A stretch of 64,000 bases of DNA, taken from assembly GCF_018350175.1 (NCBI RefSeq), contig NC_058382.1, positions 57,786,001-57,850,000 of the forward strand, given 5' to 3'. The notes beneath the pieces are model-generated. The model had not been told where the DNA came from, made no database searches, and saw nothing but the letters and a program-made list of their open reading frames with translations. The position numbers and the translations under genes are program-made. Of this stretch, positions 36,500-48,523 are shown one piece after another. Each line of letters begins with the position of its first letter. Positions within the stretch are counted from its first letter, which is position 1. Source of the stretch: Felis catus (lineage: Eukaryota).

Positions 36500-37188
36500 A
36501 CAACCGGCCTGCGCTCCATACGCACATCAGGACAGAGGAGGAGACTGACTTCGAAGACGGAGGAAGGCGCCCCCAGCCAAGGGATGCACGAGGCCCCCAG
36601 AAGCTGGAAAAGGCGAGGAGGCCCTCCTCCCCTGGGGCCTCCAGAAGGAAAGATGCCCTGCTGATACCTCGATTTTAGGGTCTGACCTCCAGAGCTGTAA
36701 GATACTAAGTCCACGTCCTTTTAAAGCCACAGCGTTGGGGCGCCTGGTGGCGCAGTCGGTTAAGCGTCCGACTTCGGCCAGGTCATGATCTCGCGGTCCG
36801 TGAGTTCGAGCCCCGCGTCCAGCTCTGGGCTGATGGCTCGGAGCCTGGAGCCTGTTTCCGATTCTGTGTCTCCCTCTCTCTCTGCCCCTCCCCCGTTCAT
36901 GCTCTGTCTCTCTCTGTCCCAAAAATAAATAAACATTGAAAAAAAAATTATAAAAAGCCACAGCGTTTCGTGTCCGACTTCAGCCAGGTCACGATCTCGC
37001 GGTCCGTGGGTTCGAGCCCCGCGTCAGGCTCTGGGCTGATGGCTCAGAGCCTGGAGCCTGTTTCCGATTCTGTGTCTCCCTCTCTTTCTGCCCCTCCCCC
37101 GTTCATGCTCTGTCTCTCTCTTTCCCAAAAATAAATAAAGGTTGAAAAAAAAATTTAAAGCCACAGCGTTTGTGGCAATATGTTACAA
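36500..37188 (+). mobile_element. MLT1 (MaLR) LTR remnant containing two tandem SINEs (36737-36953 and 36968-37156)
   Basis: ccagaagctggaaaaggc...tctgacctccagagctgtaaga...ttaaagccac...tgtggcaatatgttaca is typical of MLT1; SINE bodies are clear. Confidence 0.85.
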
Positions 37189-37509
37189 AGGGGAGGTGGA
37201 AATAGACACGACAGGCAAGGGAAAACAGAAAGGATGCCAAGTCATATCACCTCGTTTATCTGTGTAATTGGTTTCCAGAACCATCCTCTACTCAAAGTGG
37301 TTTGTGAATATTGATTCAGCCATCCAATAAACTTACTATTTCTCCCACCTTTGCACAATATCACGAGATAATGTCAGCAAATGCTTTGTCCTGGATATCT
37401 GGTTGCATTCCGCCACCTGCCCAGAATCCGTCTGCTTCCTCATTTGCCTGGGGGGACCCGCCCTCCCCACCCTCCTCACCCAAGAAGCGGAGCGGAGCTT
37501 ATCTTCACT

Positions 37510-37938
37510 CGTGTCCAAGTATGGCCAGTCCCGTCATCCCAACAACCTGGCCTCAGAGGTTGGTTCAAAGCGCTGAGCACACAAGGAACGTTGGCCCATT
37601 TAGACCAAATCCTAGGTCTCTTGCTGGAAATACTGAAGGACAGAGTCCTTTCCCCCCTGAGGTTGCTAAGTTGAAAGAACATAGGCCTGTTGCTATTGGA
37701 GACCACTTTATGTAAAAGCCCCTAATCCGAGAACGAAGCCAGCTCCGAGGGAGGTGGTCAAATAGTGGGAGTGACACCAAGTTCTGATGACATCATCGGC
37801 GCCCCTGGATCTTGCTGGGCCAACCCCAGAATTTAGGTGAGTTATGTGAGCTGATGTAGTCCCTTTTTTTTTTTTTTTTGAAAAACCAGTTTGAACGGAG
37901 TTCTGCCACTTACAACTGAAAGAATCCTGATACATACA
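37510..37938 (+). mobile_element. Old MLT1-type LTR remnant
   Basis: End ccagtttgaacggagttctgccacttacaactgaaagaatcctgatacataca resembles old MLT1 termini. Confidence 0.55.
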
Positions 37939-39049
37939 GCTTCCGGGTCCAAATACACGATTTCTATCCGATTTCCTGATTCAGCAGTTCGTGCGTTTCA
38001 CAACAGGAGTATGGTTAACCCAGCACAACCTGGTCATCGGTGCTTCCTCTTCTGAGGGGTCAAATGGTTTTTTGTTAGTAATCTGTCCTGAATATTTCCC
38101 ACGCCCGAATCTAGTTCACTGGCCTCTGGTTGGCAGAACTTACTTTCTCTCCATCTTTGTTTAATGGCCACGCATCTGGCTCTGTCCACCCTTCTGGCGA
38201 GATCAGAATACCTTTTATGAGGCATGAAGAGACAGGGTTCACGTGAATCTCTTGAGGAGAAGTCACACGTTCCCCAAATGGAATCTGACCCTGAATGAGC
38301 TTCCATCTTCCAGCTTTACTGAATAGTCATCAACACCAGAGTCAGGTCAGGGGCTGCTGCCCTCCTTGCCTTCTGAACCATGAGATCCAGACCTGCCCCG
38401 AAATCAAGAGTGGTTTCCTTAACCCACTGAGCACTCAGGTGCCCCCAGACAGGGCTTTATTTCATACAAGCAGCCACCAGAAGGGGCATTAGAGCTCCGC
38501 GATGTAGCCGTGGAAATGTGTTTGGAGAACGTGAGTCCTCTCTCTGGAAACATAGTCTCTATTTTGCTGGTGCTGGAACCAAGTTTGACATAACCCCAGT
38601 ATTATCGGCAGTGGGTGTCAGTTTGTTTGGTACTTCCTCCTCCAGAACTGAAAAAGCTTCCATAGGAGACACTCCTATTTTTACCTTTTTCTTTTTTTAA
38701 TTTTAGAGGTGTAGAAGCAGCAGAAACCAAAGGGCCTAAAGTTGTTTACTGTATTTGCCGAAAAATTGCAGACTCGCCTAGAACTTTTGGTGCAAGTGAA
38801 GCGGGATCCATCAGCTTTTAAGATGACCCCTTTGAAAAAATAAATCAGGCCTCAGATTGTCCTTGTATGTACGATGCACCGTGGCCTGACTTGTTTGAAA
38901 AGTGTGTTCATTAACGTCAAGACTTCACCCTAACTCTGGCATGGGCGGGCAGGAAATGGCAAATGACACCCCCGTCTTAAAGGTGGAGAGGATCCAGGCC
39001 CGGAAGCAACCAGAGCCAGGCCTTATTCCCCCGCTCCCTGCCAGGGCTC

Positions 39050-40420
39050 CCGGGTCCCCCCACCCAAATCACCAAATCCCCCTCTCCTGCGCTCGCGGAA
39101 CGGCCGGTCCCCAGGGGGGAACCCTAGTTTCGAGCAGATCCAGGAAACGGGATCCACAGTTGGACTCCGAGCGTGCTTCCGGGGACGTCGGGAGCGGGCC
39201 CAGGCCTCCCGTCCAGGTACAGGCGCGGCCCCGAGAGATCCCGGGCCGGGGTCGGGACCCCGACCGCCCCGGGCGCCGGGCGCCAGCAGCCAGCATCCGC
39301 CCCTCCCCGTCACGTGACCCGCTCTCGGGGCGCCCGCGCGGGGCGGGGGCGGGGCCGCTCTCGCGCCTGCGCAGACGGCGCCGGGAGGGGGCGGGCACGG
39401 CCGGCTGACTGACAGCTCCCGCGGCTGTCGCCTCGGAAGGACCCGGCTCGCAGGCCCGCGCAGTGGCCGCAGCGCGGAGCCCGGAGGCGCCCGCTCGCTC
39501 CCCGGTCCGACCGGTCGGCCGGCGCCCGCCGCGGTGAGAGAGGCTCCCGCCAGCGCCTGCGAGGGGGAAACGCGTCAGCTGTCCAGGCGGCGCGGGGCTC
39601 TCCGAGGGCCGGCGGGTGAGGGGCTTGGGAGGAGGAGGGGGCGGCCGGATGACGCGGGGTCGGGGGTCGAGAGCTTCTGCGGGGTCCGCGCGTGCCGGGG
39701 GGAGAGGGTGGGAGGGGAGCCGGGAGCCCGCGGGGGGGGGGCAGTGCAGCGCCTGGGGGAGGATGGACAAGGGGTCCCCACGCCCCCGGTTGCAGATGGT
39801 TGTCGCCAGGTGGCTTTGGGGTGGAGTCGGCCCCTGGGTCCTGGGGGAAGAGGAGCCCCCAGACTCCTGGGAGGGGGGTGCCCGGAACCAGGAGGGGAAG
39901 GGCATTTGCCAAGTCGTGCTGTGTGTTCAGTCTTGAGTTGGCTGCGTCTCTGCTCCCGGGTGGCCGGCGGGGGAGGCACGGTGGGGGGGGGGGGGAAATA
40001 GGGTCTGGGGCTCTGGACGGGGTGGGGGGGGGCGACAACTGTGCGCGTGCCTCCGCGGTGCTCCGCCGTCCCCCGGTGCGGGTCAGTAGGCACAGAGGTT
40101 TGCAGAGGGCACGGCAGCCCAGGAGCAGCGCTGGGAGCTCCAACAGCTGGACTGGTTCGGGGTGGACTGAACCAGAAGCCCCGGGACCGGAAGGGACGGC
40201 AGGTGGCCTTCCTGGAGCCGGGTGCGTTTTCCCGCGCGTCCGGGGGTTTGTGCTTCGCGAGGTTGCCCCCGGATTGCGCTCGGGAGGAGGATTGGCGGTG
40301 GGCGCCAGCCAGCTCCTGGAACTCTGTGGGTCAGCGTGGGGCACGGGTGCCGACCTGCAGACTGAGCAGGAGCTCGCCTCTGAGCTGGCACAGGTGAGTC
40401 AGGGCTGGAGGCACGCAGAC
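39050..40420 (+). promoter_or_regulatory. KIAA0513: CpG-island promoter of a divergent plus-strand gene, probably KIAA0513
   Basis: Dense CpG; palindromic E-box GTCACGTGAC at 39309-39318, tandem GGGGCGGGGC boxes at about 39339-39355, NRF1-type GCGCCTGCGCA at 39363-39373. Gene identity rests only on recalled synteny. Confidence 0.75.
39400..39533 (+). other. KIAA0513: Probable non-coding first exon of KIAA0513 (start approximate)
   Basis: Directly downstream of the promoter motif cluster, contains no ATG, ends at donor GCG|GTGAGA (39533/39534). Confidence 0.6.
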
Positions 40421-41915
40421 CGCTGTCAGGGACCAGGCTGCCCCCCCCCCCCCAGGCCACTGTCACCTAAGGCTAATGTTTCTGATTCGTTTGGTGAGAG
40501 GCACCCGCTCCCGGAACCTGAGCCAGGGGAGCCAAGGTACAGAACCGCGGAATTAAGCAAAGAAAAAAACACAAGGAAGATTGTGATTGGTTGTGCACCA
40601 GCGCTTCTCCAGGTCTTTGACACGTTTCTGTGTGGAAGTTTATGTGCTCGCTTTGTTCAGAGTCGCTCCCTTCCACTGTCACCTGTTTTTATTTCCGTTT
40701 TGTTCAGAAGTAGGACTGCTTACGCCTGTGGACAGGGGGCGAAAGGCTTCTGAGATCAATTGACAGGGAAAAAGTTGCCTCGTGAGATTTTCTTTTTCCA
40801 TAAAAGAACTGAAGATGGGCTAGGACTCACATGTAGCAAGCACTCTTAGTGATTAGCATATCGTCTCTAGCCTCTTGCGTGGTTCTGGGATACGTTCCCG
40901 TGGGTTTTTGTTGTTGTTGTTTTGTTTTTGCAGGGTTTGTCTTTTGTATGGCCTGCGTCAGCCAACGTGCAGATAGGCTGAATTATTTGAGAATGTAACA
41001 CCTAAGGGCAGTGACAAAAGCTGCCACTCGGTGACGTGAATAAATCGCAGACCTTAAATAATTTGCTACAGAATTCTAGAAAGTGAAGAAGAGTGATTCT
41101 CTCTATGACAATTAACTTTGCTTCTTCAGAGGTAAATTGATTTATGGGGACCCCAAGAGAGGACACCTTTTAGGACAAACCCTATGAAAGGTTTAGGATG
41201 GAATGACTCATTCTACATGCTTCCCGCCCCCCCCCCCCCCCCGCTTCCTTCCTCAAAAAAGAAAATAATCAGGTTGAAAGAAACATCAAAAGCAACCTGG
41301 GAAGATCTAAAAAAAACAACAACAACAAAGTCATGAAAATTCAACCAGCAGTGGGGAAAAACATGCAAAGGGAGGAGTAAAACCCTGTGGCTGATGATAA
41401 CCCGTCACTTTGATGTGACAGAGAACTTTACAAAGGGCTCTGGCACAAAATCTCGGTTGATTTTCGCAATAAACTTGGCATGATAGGTGGTGTTTCGTGC
41501 CCGTGTCACAGATGAGGAAACTGAGACCAGGCGACTGCCCAAAGTCTCTTAGGTACAAGGGGGCAGAGTGAAATGTTAGACCCAGCCATCGGACGCCAGA
41601 TGCAGTGGCCTGCCATCGGCCTGTGGAGTGGGGTGTGGTGGGGGGACGGATTTGGCACGTGGGCTGGCCGCGCGTCCTTCTCTCCCACCGCCCGTCTCAG
41701 TCACGGAGTCAGCTTGGCTCCCGTGTCCTTCACCACATCCCCACCCAAGCCTGAGGGTCCGCATCTACTCAGATTTGTTTATCCGTCTTAGAGAAATCTA
41801 GTAGGAAGTATGATCACAAGGGACCTCTTGCTCCATGGCTTGGTGTTTCCAAATAGTCTAGGTGTCTTCAGCCGGGTGGGGCAAGAGAGCAAGGCGATTC
41901 TAGGGAAACTTGCCC

Positions 41916-43230
41916 TTAGCGTTTTCCTTGCCTGCCACCCGGGAGAAAAATGCGGTGGTTGTGAAACCCGAGGAGCTGACCCAGTAGTTCTGTTTATTTG
42001 ACGCGGTATTTTATACGTGGCATCGTCTGGGTTATGGCGACTTTTTTTTTTTATTATTATTGTTTTTTAAACAGGGCACAGCTGTTCTCCTTAGGAAAGA
42101 ACAAGCTTTAATCCCGCTTTCTAGATCTGGGCAGCGAGATCCGGAAAAGGACTTTGGGGAGGGGGCGGGGGGTTATCTGAGATCTGTTTCAGCAGGCAGT
42201 GGCACAAAACACAATGACAATTACAAGGGCACAACAGTAGATGTACAGATCTGAAGAAGAAAGGTGATAGAGGTCCAGTCTACTCCATGCTGAGGATATC
42301 GTGTTCTTTTCTGGACATCACATTTAATAAAGGGCATAGAAAAAAAAAATCAAGACTCTTCCTTGGAAATTGCTACAGTGGTGAATGAATTATGGCTGGG
42401 TAAGCCTGGGAACCTGGGGAGCCATGATCCCAGAAGGTTTAGGGCTGTCATTTATTAAACTTGTTTTATAGGGGCCCAAGAACCAAAGGACACAAGCTCT
42501 CTGTCTAAAGTTAGAGAGACTTGGGGCGCCTGGGGGGCTCAGTCGGTTCAGCGTCCGACTTCAGCTCAGGTCACGATCTCACGGTCCGTGAGTTCGAGCC
42601 CCGCGTTGGGCTCTGGGCTGATGGCTCAGAGCCTGGAGCCTGCTTCCGATTCTGTGTCTCCCTTTCTCTCTAACCCTCCCCCGTTCATGCTCTGTCTCTC
42701 TCTGTCTCAAAAATAAATAAACTTAAAAAAAAAAAAATTAAAGTTAGAGAGACTTTAGTTTTAAGGCCTTTATCGTGCCAGAATTGAACCATAGCCCTCC
42801 CCAGTGGCCTGCCAGTACTCTGGGGAGCGAATTCAAACTTCTCACTATGGTCTACTTGGGGGGGGGGGGGCTATGCGAGTGCTAGTTGACCTTGCTTGTG
42901 TCTCCAGCTTCATCACTTACCACTCACAGAAGTCCCACCTTCTTCCTGTGCCTTGCACACATCCAGCTCACTCTGCCTCACTCTACCCACCCTGAAGTCC
43001 TTTTCCGGATCTCGCTGCCCAGATCTAGAAAGCGGGATTGAAGCTTGTTCTTTCCTAAGGAGAACAGCTGTGCCCTGTTTAAAAAACAATAAAATAAAAA
43101 AAAAGTCGCCATAACCCAGACGATGCCACGTATAAAATACCGCGTCAAATAAACAAAACTACTGGGTCAGCTCCTCGGGTTTCACAACCACCGCATTTCT
43201 CTTCCGGGTGGCGGAGGAGGAAAACTCTAA
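41916..43230. repeat. Inverted duplication, arms 41916-42154 and 42995-43230
   Basis: Manual reverse-complement alignment of the arms shows a near-identical core. Confidence 0.95.
42523..42739 (+). mobile_element. Felid SINE within the spacer of the inverted duplication
   Basis: 16-bp target duplication aaagttagagagactt at 42507-42522 and 42740-42755. Confidence 0.95.
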
Positions 43231-43542
43231 CTGCCTCAGGGCCTTTGCACTCACTGTTCCTTCTGCCAGATTTCCCCATGGCTGGCTCCCTGTCATTCAA
43301 GTCAACTGCTCTAATGTCACATCCTTAGAACTTCCCTAACAATTAAAATAGTTTCTGCCTGGTCCCCAGCCCACCCACTTTATTACTTTATGGTGTTTTC
43401 TTTTTTTCATAACAGTATCACAGATGTCCTTCTTTGAGAATGCTTTTATTACGTGCTGCCCATTTACCACTGTATCAACAGTGCCCCAAAGAGTGCCTGG
43501 CATATAGTAGGTGTTCAATTGATATTTGTTGAATGAATGATT
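42800..43542 (+). mobile_element. L2 3' remnant interrupted by the second inverted arm
   Basis: ctgcctcagggcctttgcac...gtgcctggcatatagtaggtgttcaattgatatttgttgaatgaatga is the L2 tail signature. Confidence 0.75.
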
Positions 43543-43694
43543 TTTGTGACAGATCTTTTCAAGGATGGGAGGGATTGCTGCCTTGGTAGATACCAAGTTG
43601 GTTTTCTTGTGCTAGAGACAGACACGGCCGACTAGCCAGCCATCGGGCAAGATAATTCAAGCATTAGGTAGCTAGGAAAACCAGATAACTTATG

Positions 43695-44101
43695 CTAATG
43701 CCCTGGGGCTGCTGTAACAAAGCACCACAAGCTTGGTGGCTTAAGACAAAATATATTTATTCTCTCACGGTTTTAGAGACTAGGAGTCCAAAATCAAGGC
43801 GCTGACAAGGTTGCTTCCTTTTTGGGGGTTCAGAGGGAGGATCTGTTTGTGCCTCCCTCTCAGCCTCTTGTGGGTCCCAGCAATCATTGGTGTGTCTAGC
43901 CTTGGAGCGTTCTTCTCGCTGTGTGTGTGTGTGTTTCTGTTTCTTCTAAGGATACCATCAAATTGGTCATATTCCATTATGACTTTATCTTAATTTAATT
44001 ACATCTGCAAGGACCCTGTTTCCAAATAAGGTCATGTTTGCAGGTTCTGGGGGTTAGGACTTCAGCATATCTTTTTAGGGGACACAATTCAATGCATAAC
44101 A
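43695..44101 (-). mobile_element. MLT1 (MaLR) solo LTR
   Basis: gctgctgtaacaaagcaccacaa...tttattctctcacggtt...ggacacaattcaatgcataaca. Confidence 0.85.
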
Positions 44102-44218
44102 CCTTCTCACTTCAAGATCCAGTGACATTTTAAAGGGAGAAACTGGCAGGAGGTGCTGGGTTCTTTTTAGGGATAATGGCATGGATTTGGATATTTTTAC
44201 ATAAAGCGTCATGGTCCT

Positions 44219-44574
44219 GGGGCACCTGGGTGGCTCAGTCAATTGAGCGTCTGACCTCAGCTCAGGTCATGATCCCACAGTTCGTGAGTTCGAGCCCCGC
44301 ATCAGGCTCTGTGCTGACGGCTCGGAGCCTGGAGCTTGCTTTGGATTCTGTCTCCCTCTCTCTCTGCCCCTCCCCTGACTTCGGCTCAGGTCATGATCTC
44401 ACAGTCTCTGGGTTCAAGCCCCACGTCAGGCGCTGTGCTGACAGCTCAGAGCCTGGAGCCTGCTTCGGATTCTGTGTCTCCCTCTCTCTCTGCTCCTCCC
44501 CGGCTCATGCTCTGTCTCTCTCTGTCTCTCAAAAATAAATACACATAAAAAAAATTTTTTTAAGTATTAAAAAA
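44219..44574 (+). mobile_element. Dimeric carnivore SINE inside one target duplication
   Basis: aaagc(g/a)tcatggtcct at 44203-44218 and 44575-44590; second body starts at about 44377. Confidence 0.9.
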
Positions 44575-47343
44575 AAAGCATCATGGTCCTTACAACTTGC
44601 AAGCTAAGAGGTGATCTGCACGTGTCCCAGGTGAGGAGGCCGAGGGTCTGAGCAATTGTGTGACTTGCCCGAGGTCATGAGGACAAGGTGAATCTCCTGC
44701 ATCTGATTGCAAGGCCCGTGGCCTCCCCAGCCCTCCCTTGCCTGCTGGGACAGGTCTTACTAGCAGTGCAAGCCCAGGGTAGGATGGGGGATGTCTGATG
44801 GCCCTGCGGGAGCCCTGGAGGGACCATTTCCTCCCTTGTCCTTGTCACGATGGCACAGAGAAATGTGGGGGGCAGCAGAGCCCTGTCACCCCAGCACTAG
44901 ACCGCCCGTGGCTGGCTTGGATGCATGCCGCAACATTAGGAAAACCTGCGTTTCCCCTTGTCGGGCTTTTCCAGCGATCCAAAGTCTTTTCCATAAGGCT
45001 TCAAGAGTTCTGGTGTTGAGTGTCTTAGATTATGGCCTGAAAAAGTATTGCTGATGTCCTGAGCATGAGCCATCCAGGAATTCACAGAGAAACTTCTTTC
45101 ATTTTGAGGGCCGGTGGGGGGGGGGGGGGGGGGGAGGGTGCGTGAGAGCAGGGCAGGCTGCCAGCAAAATGTCTGAAATCATTTGCACCTTTGCCTTTCG
45201 AGACCTTTTTATTTCTGGCTCTGTCTCACCTCATTTGGGGAGATATTCTCTCCCTTATTTAATTTAATTAATTTTTGGTCTAGGTAATACATGCAGATGG
45301 GACAAAATTCAGACGATAAAAAAAGATGTTCGGTGCAAAGTGGCTCTTCCCTCTGCCTCCCCGACCCCCTCCCCAGGGGCACCCGTCACCACCAGCTTCC
45401 TCTGTCTCCTTCCGGATCTGATGTCCCCTGTAATGTCCCTGACTGCCACCCCCCCCCCACACACACATACCCTGAGGGCTGTGCTTTCGTCCCCGCTTTC
45501 TATTCCTTCTTCCTGTGTTTCCAGAACCCTTTTCGTGGGTACCTGACGGGCTGATTCGGTCCCACGTGTCAGGAGCTGATGACGGCACCTCTGCCACGAG
45601 TTTTGTATGTGGAAGGAAGGTGCTCAGAAGAAACGTGTCTGTGACGTGAAACGTGGGCTTCTGAGGCAAGCGGCACAGATGAGAAAACTGAGGCCTGCCG
45701 TCAGGCCGCCCGCAAGGGCCGAGTCGGCGTGCAGATCCCGGCAGCTTGTGTTTTCTGTCCCAGCGTCCGGTCCGGGCCCCACGTTAGGTTCCTCTGTCTC
45801 CCTGGTTTCCTCTGGTCGGGGACGGTTGTCCCCTTCCCTCGTGTTATGTATGGCGTAGCCGTCCCAGGTAAAGCAGTGTCTTCCTAGCTCTGGACGGGCG
45901 CGTTCACGTGTGGCCTGCACGTGGGGGTTGGCCTCGTTCCACGGAGCAGGTGCGCTACGTCGGGAGCACCTGCTTTCCTCCTCGGCTTTTCTGGGCTCGT
46001 TCCAGAAATGGTCTCTGGCCTCTCGGCGCCCAAGACGAATGGCCGAGACCCGTCCCACCGTAGGAATAATCTACAGCACGTGCTGGAGGGAATGGCACAT
46101 CTGGAGGGGAGAGAGAGGGCGGGGGGGGGGGGGGGTGTTTTTCTCTTAATCACCGAGTCCACTTAGGAGAACACCATATTCCTCCGTGACGTCCTTTCGC
46201 AAAGCAGGTGCGTTCGGAGGCATTTTCCTAGCCTTTGCATCACAGCCAGGCATGACTCAGAGCAAATGACTCACCGGTGGCAAAAATGACCAACAAGCCG
46301 GGGAAGAGACGAGAACCTAGCAACGGCGGAGCAGGCGGCAAACGGAAAATACCAGAGCAAATGAGCTCCGCGAGCTGCTGTTTGCTGACACCGTTGAGCG
46401 AGGGGATTTGGGGGCGAACCCATGTGGCCGAGATACAAAAATAGGGCCCGGTTAAAAGGGGTGAAAGCCTCATGAGAACAGAAAACCCAATTTTGAGTTA
46501 ATAGTAAATATCAGGAATGAAGTACACGCGTTGAGTGTGATCAAAACAACGACAAACCTAGAAAAACCAAACAAACCAATTTTAAAAACTCAGTTTGTGG
46601 TGGTACGAGGAGGTAGGAAACCAGTTAGCCAAGGCAAGCTGGTCTAATACCCTCCCTCCTCCGAGAGGGGGCAGATTAGCTGAACTTCATTAAGCAGCAG
46701 GATCGCTCTGAGAATCCCGATGCTCCATTTGGATAATACAAAAATACCTCATTTATCTGCTCTCATGGAGGAAAGAGGTATTACATATAATCGAAATTTC
46801 CGCGTAAGTAGGATTAACCAGACTTATCTCTCCTACGGGAGAAGAGTAGCATCTCTGATGTCACGTCCTCGCCTCTTCTAAGGAATCCTGCCAGCTGACC
46901 CCGGGTGGCCAGACGCCGAGGGGTCCCACGGGATCGGTGCCTCCCACCCCTTCTCCTGTTGCTCGAACGCAACTCTTGTCCCCACACAGCCACCAGGATG
47001 TAGCATCTTGGCAAAGCATAGATCAGATCGTGATGTTCCCCGGAGGTGAACCCTCCAGTGCTCTCCCACTGCTCCTGGGATGAAATCCCAGCCCCTTAGC
47101 TTGGCCTCCAAGCCCCTGCCTCGTGCCTGGCTTGCAGCCGTGCCATAGCCTCAGCTCCTTCCCTCCCTCCCTGGGTCTCCCCCGCTGAGCCACACTGCCT
47201 CACTCCTGCTTTAATGGGCCAGGTTCACGGCCACTGCAGAGCCATTTCCTCGGGCTGGGATGCTGGTCCTCCAGATGGTAGGATGACCCTCCCTGGCCCC
47301 TCAGGCCGAAGGAGCTGCCTACCTCCATCTGGTTTCCCTGGCC

Positions 47344-47637
47344 CAGCGCTGCCCAGTAGAAATACAGGGTGAGCCGCGTGTATTATATTAAGTTGCTAGC
47401 AGCCGCACTAAACAAAGAAAGCAGCCTCACTTAATTTTTATAATCGATTCTGTTCAACCCACCGTATCCAAAATATCCCTTCCATACCTAATCAGTATAA
47501 AAATTATTAGCGAGACATCTTAGATTCTCATTTCACACCAAGTCTGAAATCTGGTGTGGTCAGCACAGCTCAGTGAGCCACAGGTTCATGGGCTTACTAG
47601 CCACGTGTAGCGAGCGGCTACTATGTTAGACGGTGCT
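47344..47637. mobile_element. MER33/MER3-like hAT-Charlie MITE
   Basis: Termini cagcgctgcccagtagaaat and gcggctactatgttagacggtgct. Confidence 0.65.
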
Positions 47638-47885
47638 ATGCTCTGTGTTATTCACAGCACATACGATGGGCTGTAATGATATCTTTAATCTCTTTGTTCT
47701 CTGCCTAGAACACAAGCTCCCCGAGGGCTAGGCTACTGTTTGTCTAGTTCATCTGAAACAATGCCTAGCCCACGGCACATGCGCAATAATATTTGTTGAA
47801 TGATTGAGCAAGCCTGTGACAGGATGCGTGAGACCCTCACCTTACCGTTCAGAGCCAGTCATGTAACCAGTGCATTCGGAGCCAG

Positions 47886-48100
47886 TTTTTTTTGTTTTTT
47901 TATGTTTATTCATTTTTTGAAAGAGAGACAGAGCACAAGCAGGGGTGGGGTGGAGAGAGAGGGAGACACAGAACCCGAAGCAGGCTGCAGGCTCCGAGCT
48001 GTCAGCACAGAGCCCGACGCGGGGCTCGAACTCACAAACCATGAGATCGTGACCTGAGCTGAAGTCGGACGCTCAACCGACTGAGCCACCCTGGCGCCCC
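47886..48100 (-). mobile_element. Carnivore SINE
   Basis: Full reverse-complement unit flanked by duplicated gccagtttt. Confidence 0.92.
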
Positions 48101-48340
48101 CGGCGCCAGTTTTAATCAGAGGAACTCGATGCCCAAGGTTTCCTGTGACCAAAAATATTAACTGTTCGCACAGAGACTTATGTATTGTCTGTCCAAGGTC
48201 TCCTGTGATCACTTTTTATTGGGTTTGTTTGGGGGAGGGGTGGGGTACCATGATAACCAAAGAGCAAAGCTTTTCACTAGGAGAGGTTTTCACCCGATTG
48301 AGATTCTTTGGTGATGTTTGGTGCTCGGAGTTGATGTAGA

Positions 48341-48523
48341 TCAGAGATTTCAACTGGGGAATCATCTAGAGACATTTTTGACCGGCACGCCCGCGGGGTG
48401 CGTCTGGCATCCGGGGGTAGAGGCCAGAGATGCTGCAGACACCTTGCAGCACACATACAGGACAGCCCCCGCAGTGAGGAGTGACCCGCCCGAGGGCCGA
48501 TGGCCCTGCCGTCGAGAAGGCCT
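48341..48523. mobile_element. MER20-like hAT-Charlie element
   Basis: ctggcatc..gggtagaggccagagatgctgc..acaggacagccccc core. Confidence 0.75.

Noticed and set aside
39069..40753. Overlapping ORFs of 278-353 aa, and similar ones at 30.3-31.5 kb
   Set aside because: Expected in CpG islands where stops are rare; low-complexity Pro/Gly/Arg content and no recognisable domain.
45116..45134. G19 homopolymer, and the C-run near 41227-41242
   Set aside because: Simple runs with unreliable length and no further structure.
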